From Saccostrea echinata (lineage: Eukaryota): 64,000 bases of DNA. Below are positions 1 to 12,859 of this stretch, in pieces. The translations under genes were made by a program, and so were the position numbers. Where the stretch lies: positions 9,176,001-9,240,000 of the forward strand of contig NW_026889761.1 of NCBI RefSeq assembly GCF_033153115.1. The letters run 5' to 3'. Numbering within the stretch: the first letter of the stretch is position 1; every line of letters begins with the position of its first letter. The notes beneath the pieces were generated by a model, which worked only from the letters and a program-made list of their open reading frames with translations, searched no databases and was not told where the DNA came from.

Positions 1-1706
1 TTTCTTCAATTTCGCTGATATGTCCTTAACAGAATTTTGATGTTTATTTTACTATTTGAAACAATTATATATGTATAGCATGTATTTGAGGATATCATTG
101 AAAATTTTCACCCCTCGAAAACCCCTTGCCTAATTTGACAATGATTTTCTAGTGGTGAATATTTTTCAATATTTCCCTCATCAACTTGCAGTATTTATAT
201 AGATTATTGTTAATTCATTATCGTATGGAGAACCAGTACTAGTTTGTGCTCCAATAGTTTGTTGATGAAAGAAGTATAATGTCCCAATTTAAACTAATTT
301 AAGTTTACTAAGATCGTTTACCTGGTAATTCGTGTACTACTTCAGTCCTCGAAAGCACGTTTGAAGGATATGATGACGTATTCTTAAGAAAGGGACATTG
401 AGGAAAGAAGTTGGTATGGAAAGTCCATGGATTTGTCATGGAACCCAATTCACTGAAACCACCTGAAACATATTTGACTTGAAAGATCTCTATTCAGTTT
501 CTGTCACAAGTTGTGAACAGAGATCTGTTTACAACTTTTTAATTGAAGTCCAAGGAAAATAAGCTTTTAGTTAATAAAGATGCCACAGACTTGATAAATG
601 TAAATGAATGAATCAAATAATTTATTAATAATTTATATACCATCACAGTGAAAACAACGCACTGTTCCTTCAATTTCGTCGTAAAAGAAGCCTGCTTTTG
701 CGTGTTCTTTCTTTGATTTCTGTGAGATTTGGCAGTCTCTAAAAGTAGATAATCGTTCCTGGTATGTAGAATATTTAGGAGTTCGTGGTCGTGGTATAAC
801 ATCCTCTTCTTCAGGAGCAGATTGGCTTTCTCTACATCCTAATGATTGAATTTTTATACTTTGAAACCATGAAATAAAAATGCAGCATAAGAATGATCCC
901 TGTATGCAGTATTATACAATTTTTATAACTTGCAAGAAAGAAAGATACAAATTTCAGGAGATTGGTCTGCATATAATTTTTGATATTGTTAAGCTAATCT
1001 TTTTTCAAGTATAAGAAGCAGTAGTNNNNNNNNNNNNNNNNNNNNNNNNNNNNNNNNNNNNNNNNNNNNNNNNNNNNNNNNNNNNNNNNNNNNNNNNNNN
1101 NNNNNNNNNNNNNNNNNNNNNNNNNNNNNNNNNNNNNNNNNNNNNNNNNNNNNNNNNNNNNNNNNNNNNNNNNNNNNNNNNNNNNNNNNNGTAGAGATTC
1201 TACGTATGAACAATCTCTTAAAGCTATTGAAAGAAAGTTACTTATGCTATGATTTCAGCAATCTCAATAAAATTGAATATTTCGGAAATATTATGATCGA
1301 TACAACGACGTAAATAGCAAATACAATTGTAATGTTAAGTCGAATATTGACTGAAATTTTGTATACAAATCGATAAGTCATATTTATGCTGAATTGTCTA
1401 CGGATTTTCCCGTTTACCCGAACATGTCGAAGAGCACACTGCAGATGTGGTCGGTCGAAAGGGAATTCTTACTCCTTTTGGCACCTGATCCCACCTCTGT
1501 TTTTAAAGTCCGTGTTGCCTCTGCTTACAACTTGTATTGTTTATTGTATTGGACCTTTCAGTCGAAAGCTTATTTCAATGAATTAAAATCATATGTACCT
1601 TGATTGTGCTCTTCATCATTTCCTCTTTCTTCACTATCTGCTGCTTGATCATCATTACAAACAAATGTATTTTCATCTATAGTAACGCTTTGTAGGGATC
1701 TGAAAT

Positions 1707-1752
<46 letters not shown>

Positions 1753-2896
1753 AAAAAAAATTAGAAATGCCTTAAGTACTTACTTATTGAACAATCACTT
1801 GAATTCTTTTGTAAAATTTGTACATTACTTGAGATTCTGGCAAATTCTGAACAGCTATTGTGTTTCTTGCGGTGATTTGCCTTATATGTCTACACTGAGG
1901 GGAATCCAATAAATGTCTCTGTATAGGTTCTTGCCCAATTTCTCTATCATGAAATTCGATTCCACAGCAGAAGCAAATTATTCTTCCCCCGGCATAGAAA
2001 AATCCAGCCTTTGCCAGACAATTTCGTATGCTGTACAAATTTATATTCCACTGTAGAAAGGTGCTTTCACGATTTTGTAGTAATACAAAATTTGGGTACT
2101 TTGGAGGAGTTATTGTGATAAATCCCAATGCTTTTATACGGTTAGTATATTCTAAAAGATGTCGTTCTGATGTAAATTTTCTTGACCTATTATCAAGATT
2201 TACGTAACGTATTGTTTGAGAACTACGAAATCCAGGGAAAAAATAGTCGAATCTGCTTGAAAGAAGTTGTTCTCGAACATCATCTGGTTGTATCTGACGC
2301 TGATGGGGACAATCGTGGTGATGAGAATGTCTAATGTTTCTTAAAGATTCCGAAATATGTATAGACACTTCACATCCATAACATTTACAATTTTCTCTTC
2401 CAGTGAAATAGAAGCCTGATTTAGCCAAAAGCCATCTTCTATCACGTGTTAAGTTCTCACAGGAAGAGAATGAAAGCACTCTGATTGAAAGTATAGAAAA
2501 ATTACCGGACGGGAGATTGTCAATGGGTAAGATAAAGATTATTAGTTCGTTGGAGAGATTATTCATATATTTTCTAAGCACTGAACAGAGTTTAGGCGTT
2601 GTACCATTTGTCATGATATTTAGGAATATTGCTGGCTCTTCTACACCAAAGAAGAGAATTGTAAAAGTGAAAGCTAAGAGAAATGTTCTGAGAAAATTAA
2701 AAAACTCGAATAGCATTTTTTGTTGAAGGTGACACATCTCTAAATATATCATCATTCCTCGAAATTTCAACATGATATTTTTCATGCTGTGATCATCAAC
2801 AAAGAGTGTCGAAGACATGTAGTTCGTAATTATCTCGATGAATATTAATAAATACAGGATATTCATAATTAATTGTTCTAACATCGTCCTAAGCAT
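1..2896 (-). CDS. Inhibitor of apoptosis (IAP/BIRC-like) protein with three BIR domains; multi-exon, 3' end probably beyond the left edge
   Basis: Exons 2896-1829, 1707-1599, 838-641, 462-322 and possibly 24-<1, with GT-AG boundaries and compatible phases (the 1829/1707 junction uses a weaker AAG acceptor after a poly-T tract). BIR1 LAKSGFYF..CYGC..H..DCPH; BIR2 RESTF..LAKAGFFY..CFCC..H..SPQC; BIR3 RLSTF..AKAGFFY..VRCFHCDG|GF..NPWTFH..FPQCPF, split by an intron. Start codon uncertain; a splice acceptor lies at 2917/2918. Confidence 0.88.
1388..1578 (+). mobile_element. Naiad (Penelope-like) 3'-terminal fragment in an IAP intron
   Basis: Matches the 3' UTR of the 12860-15815 element (ctgaattgtc..ggcacctgatcccacctctg..gtccgtg). 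Confidence 0.75.
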
Positions 2897-3519
2897 CTGT
2901 CGTGACTTTATGATTTCTACAAAAAGAAGTAATATCAGTAATTTAAAATATCATGTTTTACTAAATTTTCTCTTAAAAATGTATTTTTTAAAAATTTAAT
3001 CACCTCCTCAGCCAAGAAACTGTTCAATAAAAACCTAAAATAAATGGAATACTGGCATGTTGCACTAATTAAAAAATGTTAATTAGTAGAAATAAGCTCT
3101 GTTCCCGTACTTTTAGGAGACAGATTCCGTAGGTCGAGAGTTCAACCCCGGGCTGGGGCGGAAGTGGGTATCCTTATAAAANNNNNNNNNNNNNNNNNNN
3201 NNNNNNNNNNNNNNNNNNNNNNNNNNNNNNNNNNNNNNNNNNNNNNNNNNNNNNNNNNNNNNNNNNNNNNNNNNNNNNNNNNNNNNNNNNNNNNNNNNNN
3301 NNNNNNNNNNNNNNNNNNNACTAGTTCGCAAACTTATAGGATGATATTCTTCTTGTTTTGGTTGACCACAACATTGCACTTTTCAATTCTGAAAATTTCA
3401 TCATGGATAAAGACGGTAAAATGATGGCAAAATATAACTTTAAAGGACTCTAAAATAAAATGATGGGTCCTTGTAAACTCAGTGTTTTGCAGTTGAATTG
3501 TACGGAAGCATATAGATCT

Positions 3520-4830
3520 CTTTACGTGTTGTGTATTAACTTGTACTTTGTCTTCTTTTTTGGTGTCTTATCAACAAATAAAGCGTTAAAATTTGTTATT
3601 TATACACATTTTGCATTGAATAAATTAAAACACCTTCTTTTAATTGATTGATTTTATTGCTGTAAATTGTATCGGCTTAAAAATATTGATTTGAAAATAC
3701 TGATTTAAGCATGAGATTTAAATATATTGATGTATTAATCTCGACATGGAACAATAAAATATATGCATAGTAGTTTTATCGATCTAAATTTGTTAGTATT
3801 TCCAGGGAAAGTGTAAAAATATTATTCTCGAACTAACTTCGCGGGCGCGGGACTTCTAAAACGTCAATTTACTCGGGATTTAATGTAGCTGAAACGTTTA
3901 CGCATAACTAAAAATAAAGGTAAAGTAAAGTGGTCTGTAAGAGTGCATTTTTGACTATAGGTGACTGAAGTTAAAAATATAAATTAAATCTTAAATCTCA
4001 AGAAAATTCTTATGAATTAATAGTATGTTAGGTACATTGATATATGATGCATTACATTAATTGGCTTTTTTTTTTTTTTTTAAAAAGTTTTCATAAATAT
4101 TTATCATCAATTTAAGGAAAATAACCACAGATAATTCACAGATAATTCAAATCAGTGAAAAAGTTGAATAACCCAGTTTTCAAAATCAAATGCATAAAAA
4201 GTTTATTTTAATCTTGTTTTCCATTCCTAATGAAGAATGAAATAGGATAAACCATACAAGTCATATACTTTTGAATATGTGATAAATTGATTGGAACTGG
4301 CACAGTTCTACATAGTATTCTGCAAGTATTTCTAGGAAAAAGGTTTGAAAATATTTTTCTTGAGCTAACTTCGCGGGAGCAGAAATTCTAATGAAACGTC
4401 ATATCGCCTGGATTTAGTGACGGCACATGTGTAAAGGTCTCTACACCTGTTGTGTTATAACTTGTATATTGTCTTCTATTTTATTGTCTTATCAACATAT
4501 AATGTGTTATAACTCCTTATTTATACACATATTTTGAATTGTATTAAGATGTTTTTCCTTAATGTAAGGCAACTTCTTTTATTTAATTGATTTTATTACT
4601 ATAAGTATTATCAACTTAAAAAAAATATTGATTTTAAGATATTGATGAAAGCAAGATATTTAATGAAATCAATATAGTAATGTCGATATGCAAAAATAAA
4701 TATAGAGTTATATCGAGATAAATATATGAATATTTCCGAGAAAGAAGTGAGAAAATATTGACATTAAATTAACTTCGCGGTGGCGGGAATTCTAATGAAT
4801 CTTCACTTAACTCGGGAATCAGTGAAAGTT
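3520..4830 (+). repeat. Diverged ~350-bp AT-rich repeat (copies ~3520-3890 and ~4440-4830, partial ~4320-4420) ending in an AACTTCGCGG core
   Basis: Visual alignment: tgtcttatcaaca..ttatacacat..taacttcgcgg; an inverted copy lies at ~6600-6940. Confidence 0.7.
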
Positions 4831-5000
4831 CCTGTACCTTGTATTTGCTATCGTATACGATTATAGACTGATTCAGATTCAAAAATGTTTTAAAAAAGGG
4901 GGATGGAGAGGCATTTAGCAGTTAGATCATAGGCATAGACATAGGGGGCTACTGTCCCCATCATCACTTTTGAAGAGTATCTTTGTGTCCCTCCTCCTTT

Positions 5001-6216
5001 TTAGCTCTACTGGTCAGAGACCAGAAGAGCTTATGCGATAGTAAGGTGTCCGTCGTCCGTCCGTCTGTCCGTCCGTCTGTCTGTAAACAATTTTTCAAAA
5101 CGCTACTCCTCCTACAGTTTTCGTCTGATTTCAATATTACTTGGCACACAAATAGACTACACTAAGATACACAAGTAAGTGCATCGATTTTTGATTTCGA
5201 TGAACGGTGTTGCCATGGTTACTAAAAATAGAAATTTCTGTGAAATTCCTTTAAAACGCTACTCCTCCTACAGATTTGGTCTGATTTCAATATAACCTGT
5301 TATACAAGTAGACTACACTAAGATACATAATTTAGTGCATCGGTTTTTGATTTCGATGAACGGTGTTGCCATGGTTACTAAAAATAGAAATTTCTGTGAA
5401 ATTCCTTTAAAACGCTACTCCTCCTGCAGTTTTGGTTTGATTTTAATATAACTTAGCACACAAGTGGACTTCTCTTAGGTACATTACTTAGTGCATTGGG
5501 TTTTGATTTCGATGAACGGTGTTGCCATGGTTACTAAAAATAGAAATTTCTGTGAAATTCCTTAAAAACACTTCTCCTCCTACAGTTTTAGTCCGATTTT
5601 AGTATAACTTGGCATACAAGTGGACTACATTAAAATACATTATTAAGTGCATCAGTTTTTGATTTCGATGAACGGTGTTGTCATGGTTACTAAAAATAGA
5701 AATTTCTGTGAAATTACTTTAAAACGCTACTCCTGCTACAATTTTAGTCTGCTTTTAATATAATTTGGCAAACAAGAAGACTATACTAAGATACATAATT
5801 TAATGCATCGGTTTTTTAATTCAATGAACAGTGTTGCCATGGTTACAAAAAATAGAAATTTCTGTGAAATTCCTTTAAAACGTTACTCCTTCTACAGTTT
5901 TGGTCTGATTTCAATCTAATTTGGCACACAATTAGAATACACTATGATACATAATATGTATTTCGGTTTTTGACTTCAGTGAATGGTGTTGTCATGGTTA
6001 CTAAAAATAGAAATTTCTGTAAAATACTTTCAAAACGCTACTCCTCCTACAGTTTTCGTTTGATTTCAATATAACTTGGCACATTGACAGATGTAGACTA
6101 CATTAAGATACATAATTTTATTCATTATTGCATGCTGTAAAGTTTCAAATCCAAGTGCTACTCTGTGTTATACAAACAGACCAGTAGAGCTACAGTCTCA
6201 TTAGAGACTTCTGGTT
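5001..6216 (+). mobile_element. Non-autonomous Helentron/HINE (DINE-1/pearl-like) with an internal 156-bp tandem array (~6.5 units)
   Basis: 5' subTIR tagctctactggtc and adjacent IR gaccagaagagct; (GTCC/GTCT)n microsatellite; units start at 5101, 5257, 5413, 5569, 5725, 5881, 6036; 3' subTIR gaccagtagagcta; 3' hairpin agtctc-atta-gagact; T-rich target. Confidence 0.9.
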
Positions 6217-6599
6217 TAAAATTTTACCTGAGTATAGCATAGATCAGCTAATATATCCCAAAAATTAAGAAGAATACTCTCAGTTAGATAATTAAATCTC
6301 TTTTTTCCCCATTCATTAGGCTGACTCCCACTCTTTCACCCTTTTAACTTTGTGACTATACTTATGCAGATTGGCTGCAATGAAGCACATTTTTTTTTTA
6401 CATCATTCTAAGTAATCAGATGTAATATTGTTATCCCCCACCCCATGGTTTAATGTTCAATTCATAAATAAATGTACAATGTAGTATTAGGTCTATTCGT
6501 GTATGCATTGAAAGTAGAATATTACAAAATTGACAATTGCTATGTAAACTCTGTAATTGTTTGACGTTTTTTTAATATGTGGTAAACATATATGATAAT

Positions 6600-6940
6600 T
6601 CCACCTCCGTGAAGTTAATTTAATAACAATATTTCTCACTTCTTTCCCGGAAATATGAATATTTTTATATCATTCACAATAACTATATATTTATTGTTAC
6701 AGCTCGACTTTACTATATCGATATGATTAAATCTCTTGCTTTGATCAGTATTTTTAAATCAATATTTTTTTCAAGTTGATATATCTTAGAGCAATAAAAT
6801 CAATTAGATAAAAGAAGGTGTCTTAAATTATGTTCAAAATATGTGTACAAATAAGGAGTTATAGCACTTTATATTTTGATAAGACAATAACAAATAAAAC
6901 AACGTACAAGTTAAAACAAAACAAGTGTACAGACTTATAC
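6600..6940 (-). repeat. Inverted copy of the 4440-4790 repeat
   Basis: Reverse complement aligns with 4440-4790 (ttgtcttatcaa..ataactccttatt..acacatattttgaa). Confidence 0.75.
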
Positions 6941-9900
6941 ACCTCTGTGGAAACGACAAAAATAATACCAAAACCATGAATTGTTTGGACTAGTTGAGAG
7001 TTCAATGTCAAACAATCAACAAATATATAAGATTAAAGCTGAACACGATCCGTAAAAGGAATTTGTCCACCATATTTGATTCTTCACTTGCTATATCTGA
7101 GGACCCCTATATAAAGCCGCTCACTTGGTCACTTCAGTGTAATCAGTCGTTACCGGTGTACACTGGCATATGCTACATAGCACTCGGTAGCGATAAAAAA
7201 TAACTGTACTTCTTCTAATGCAGGAGAAAGAGATACAAAAGAAACTTACAACAGTTGCACAGGTCAGTGTAGTATACAAACAAACACAAATACACGTAAC
7301 TGCAATAAAATGTAAACAAAGATAATGTAAGATAACCAGCACGAACACGGGTCGCCATTCCACGCCGATACCCGTGATAATAAAGCAGTCAGGTGTAACG
7401 AATGAGAAGGGTATATCCCGGTGCTGATATCGTAGGTAGTGTTATTGAAAATGGCGTATGCCTATTTACGAGTCATGTTCAGCTTTAAATATTAAGATAT
7501 TTTAGAAAGAGAGATATAATATGTTGCTTGTTAAACCCAAGAGATCTTTGTCTTTGGTTGTTTTCAGATTTTTAGGTTGTTCTCTTTGTTAGTAAGGAAT
7601 ATAAAGAAATACCGTGACTATGTTTATATGCGTTAAGTCGATGAGATTTTATAGAATTAATTGTAGACATACATTTTTTTTCTTCTTACCTTTATCATAC
7701 ACAGAAAATGTTGATAAATTGATCTATCTTAGAATGACGCAAATTCCTCAATTATATTTTCCTGTCCTAACTTTGCCGATTTTCATGTTCTTCTCATCAA
7801 CTTTGAACATGAAATGTCCGTTGCTTTATGCAAAGTGTAAAATTAACCATGTTTATTTTTATTCAATGATAATTGTCTTTTCAGCTTGCTCTTACAAGGA
7901 AATTAGAGTTGCCAAATATATTTAAAAAAAAAACACTCAAATTTAATGCATCAAGCAATTGATAAAAAAAGTGAAATGTTTGGTTCCAATTTGTGAATGT
8001 ATAAGATAGCGAATAATATACTGAAGCAAAATAGAAATTACATGATTTATTGTGTTTAAATTGTTAGCAATGCAGTGCAAGATGATTGTAAAGGTGCCTC
8101 CACCCTCACACTTTGATGGTTTCAAAGTAGGAAAACTGTATTGATTTCTACTTGATATAATTTAATTCATGTATAATAGATAATAGATAATTACAGAAAA
8201 TGTATAAAGATGTCACTTTTTGAATGAAAAAGCACATATTTTTAGGTGAAAAGAATTTGTATTTTTTTTTTAAAAAAAAAAAGATTAGTCCTGATGACAT
8301 TATAATTAAAAAGGTTCAATTAATTGTTTCTTTATAAATAGGTTAATGTTGCGGATATCAGGGAACTATTAAATAAGAGAAAATATATAAAGGAAGAAAC
8401 ATAATTAAGAGTTACTAGCATGCAATTTGCGATAATTTTAAAAGAATAATTGAATACATGTAATTGAACAAGCATGTTTTTAATATTCTTTTACTTAAAA
8501 CATATTTTTTTATCGTACCTGTGTAAATTTTTGGTTTAAAAGAAATATTTTACTCTAATTAATGAAAGATTTTGTAAAAAAAAAAAAAAAAACAAAACTA
8601 TGATGTCTCATGAAGGAGAAGATACCTTATATCGGCGTGTTCCCGTTTTGCACACATTTGATAAGATATAGAACAATAGCTGGGAATTATGTCTTCATAT
8701 ACAATTATAGTCTGCATTTTAACTGGATTTACCTGTATTTTACCAATGTATCGATGAAAAAGAAATTTGTAAGAGAGAAATATGAGAAAAAGAATTATTA
8801 AGTGAAAAAAATAAACGGAAAATTATGCTATGTAAATCTCAAAAACATTAATAAATAAACTGAAAAATAAATAATTTCATGCTCCATGTACTTAAGTTTT
8901 GCTCACAAAATTAAAATAAAGATGAACTCTCATTTTGGAACATGACAATATTAAATAAAACATTGTATTGTGGAATAATGCAAATAAATGTGTAAATAGT
9001 TTTTGTTTCGATCAAATATTCAAAAATAATAGAAATTCAGCTTGTCAATCCCAAACCAATTGGACGTTGAAGAAATCTGATAATAAAGAATAATCTAGAT
9101 ACTAAATGCATATGACTTTATTTCGCACTATTTCCCAATAGATTCATCTTTTCCTTATGCACCAATTATGGCACAGACTATAGCAATTAAGTTACTATCT
9201 TACCTGCACAAGTTGCCGTTATGCACACATTTTTCTTCTCCTGAATTTCAAATATGTGTAAAATGGGAACAAACCCTTATATTGCAAGTATATCTCACAC
9301 ATCCTGGCTGAATAATTTGCATGTCAATGCATATTGTTTCAAACATTTTTTTGTTTTCTTTACGGTTTTATATCCACACAGATAGTAACGAGTCTACATC
9401 TGAGACGATTTTCACATTCTTAAAAGTTATGTCTCTATATCGGCGTAACGCTCTCACCATATCCTTTGTAACTTGCCTGTAAATATTTTAAACCTTCAAA
9501 TGCTTTCGGACTATTTTCTACCGTTCCTGTATTGTCACGGTATGGGGTAACACGGGCAACACAATGAACATATATATACAGATTTAATTCCATAAAGTTA
9601 GTGATATTATAGAGGGAAAACCGTGGTTTACGCCGAGTGACCCCAGATTGACCCCGCAAAGGGAAATAACTTTTGTAAATGTGAAAGTCGTCTAATGGAC
9701 GATTATGGTTGGAAATTCTTATGATACATTGGGAGAAAATATGAAGAATAAAAGAGGATAGATATCTTAAATCCATTGTCATATGTTGTGTATTTAAATG
9801 TTTCAAATGTCTGCTAGTATTTCTTTTGTATTGTTTTTTTTTAAATATAAAAACACAAAAGTGTTTGAAAGCAATGGTATACCCTTATTTACATAAAGAA

Positions 9901-11104
9901 ATGAATACTATAACACTTATCAGAATCTAAACTCAAACAAGAATTTTTTTTAACTGATCATAAATTCATTACATTCATTACTTTCGTTTTCAAATATCCA
10001 TTTTATATCAAAAACCACCAAACAAATTCCGAAAAAATTTCCGAAAAAAGACTACTTACATAAACACAATTGATTTGCTGCACTATATTTTTTCCACATT
10101 TGCTCATTTAAATAAGTATATATTCATAAATATTTACTTTTGAACTTAAAATCACCTTACACCGTCCACCATACTTTATACTTCTAGGTAAACACTTTCT
10201 GCATGAGTATGTACGTAAATGAAAGAGTTTTAAAGACGTTTAATGCATTAATTAATTTCCGAACCCGATTAAATTACTTGGAGCATNNNNNNNNNNNNNN
10301 NNNNNNNNNNNNNNNNNNNNNNNNNNNNNNNNNNNNNNNNNNNNNNNNNNNNNNNNNNNNNNNNNNNNNNNNNNNNNNNNNNNNNNNNNNNNNNNNNNNN
10401 NNNNNNNNNNNNNNNNNNNNNNNNNNNNNNNNNNNNNNNNNNNNNNNNNNNNNNNNNNNNNNNNNNNNNNNNNNNNNNNNNNNNNNNNNNNNNNNNNNNN
10501 NNNNNNNNNNNNNNNNNNNNNNNNNNNNNNNNNNNNNNNNNNNNNNNTTTCAATAGCTGATTTTTTTTAGCCTTAAGGAGTTTATAGGATATAAAATTTC
10601 ATTGCAAAGGACTTAAAAATATCATCCTGATATTAAAGTGTCTGACAGAATGAGACATAATGATTCAAGACATCACATCACAAAAGTAAGATAATCCTAT
10701 TTCTTTCAGGTGCTTCGATGCTGCATCAAATGTTGTAGCACTATCAGAAATCAACAATTTGGGCAGCTTCCAAAAATGACAACACCCATCAAAACATCGT
10801 TGATTAAGTTACCTACTATCTGTTAATCAAAGTACTGAATCGAGGTGACGCCTTCCAGTAAAATGTTAAATCTATCCCCAAATTAACTGGCATATACAAA
10901 ACCTTACATCAAGAGAACCCCCAATGAAAACCATTGGAAAGCAAAAAGTGAGCAATACGACAAATGCATTTTGTAACTTATTTGATGTAAAAAAAAAAAC
11001 TGAACTAGTTACTTTTAAACAAATGCGAAAATACTAACAAAAGAATCTTTGCCATATGAATGTGTAAAAAAGAGGGCATGTGTCATATGTCTTTGAAATT
11101 CCAG

Positions 11105-11213
11105 GCCCCGGGGCCATAAAACTTAGATGAGCTCATTCTTGATCTCAGTCTCACTTTCCCACTAATAATTCTTTTTGTAAAATGAGTTCGTCTAAGTTTT
11201 ATGGTCCCGGAGC
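11105..11213. mobile_element. ~110-bp hairpin MITE, Harbinger-like
   Basis: ~33-bp imperfect TIR gccccggggccataaaacttagatgagctcatt / aatgagttcgtctaagttttatggtcccggagc; flanks cag/cac. Confidence 0.65.
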
Positions 11214-12859
11214 CACACTATCACTGATACAGCTAGCATTTACAAACAATCGAAAAACCCTCTCTTTGATTTTTTTGGCCAAAAGCAGGCCCATTTAGAC
11301 ATTTTTTCTACTAAAGTAAATTGATATAATTTATTTTATTTAATCATATGAAGCATTGTAGACTCAAAATACCTTCAGATCTGTAGCACACTAGTCGAAA
11401 ATGATGTCCAGATAACTAAAGTTCCATGCATATCTTTCTGAGCACAAAAATGTACAAAAACTTTAGAGCTAATTCTCCGTTTTTCAAGACAGTCATATTA
11501 AAATGTAACTAGCCCATTTTCCTAAAATATTGCTTTACTACATGTACATGTATATGCTTTCAAAAGCAAATCAATCCCACGATAATTGTAAATAGCCCTT
11601 TTGTGCATTTGGTTGAAACTATTTCCAATGTCATTTTCTCCAAATACACTAATTGTGCTTGTAGAAATGTGTAATACCAATGAAGTGCAAAAATGGAATT
11701 CAAACCATTGTTTTCATTCATATTATTTTTTAAAGCAAAAATTGAATTTCCAAGATGATTTTAATTCTTTCACTTTAAATTACCCCAAATCAAAGTACAT
11801 CATAACCACTTCAATCATCACGTTATGAGTCCGTCACTTAACGCCTGTCCAAAGCAGCCGTGTAGGAAAAATGTCGTATTTATAGAAAGGCAATTATACC
11901 GCATTCTAAAATCTGACTTATCAAAAAGACAGTGGATTAGGGGATCCATTATTTTAGCGATGGATTTAGTCCAACAATTCAAAATCTATAGCTGTAAGGT
12001 TTCAAGATCGAAGGGAAATTATGGATACAACTATCAAAATACTTTGTATAAATGCAATAAGGGGACAAAAAAAACTTATATACATGTAATTAAAATTTTA
12101 AAAATTATGGAAATGCAACTGACTACATTTGAAACGCAGCATTCTGTTTTAATTGTTCTTAATCCTCTTTTTAGGAAGATTTCACTTACGACACCTTATG
12201 GAAATAAATGCTTCCGCCACAAGCCCATCCCCGAATGAAGATTAATAAATGTACATGTATTTTAAAAATTAAAAGAAAAGATTAACAAATTTCTTAAACC
12301 GCTAAATACAGAAAAAACAAATTGGTAAACTCAGGGACCAACCTACGAACCTAGACCCAAAATTTAGGGAGACATCACTTCTACCTCAGAGAAATTTAGG
12401 GAGAAGTTTTAAATTCTAGGGAGACTTCTTTGCACATTGATCATAATTTAAACTTAAAAGAATAAATACACGTTAATGTATATACCTTAAATAAATTTAT
12501 ATCCTAAGAATACTTAAAGAGACAAAAAGGTATATTAAAAAATAATTATTTGATATTTTCCAATTGCAAGGCATATTAATGTCTACCTGGAAAACAAAAT
12601 TATACGTACATTGTTAATCTAAAGTTTTAAACAGATAGACTTAAGTTTATCAAAGTTATTTCATTTCATGCATAGTTTATTTACATTATTTGTACACTTA
12701 AGATTAAAACATTTTTCTCTTCTTTTCTCTCCATATTTTCTGAGCCTTAGTTATCAAAGTAGCAAATTTGTTACATTCTCTTCAGAGTAAAGAAAAATAA
12801 GAAATTGCAAATGGTAGTGATCAGAGGGGGGGGGGGGGGGCACCATTGAAGCTGGTCAG

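Noticed and set aside
5098-6120. Regular repeats as a CRISPR array
   Set aside because: Whole 156-bp units repeat with no unique spacers; eukaryotic context, no cas genes
6990-9810. Possible LTR or other element (TATA at ~7107, scattered atcggcgt motifs, ORF 9435-9806)
   Set aside because: I could not define termini, a TSD or protein motifs; left unannotated
989-10556. ORFs containing X runs (989, 3113, 3164, 10203, 10269)
   Set aside because: Artefacts of assembly gaps at 1026-1190, 3182-3319 and 10287-10547
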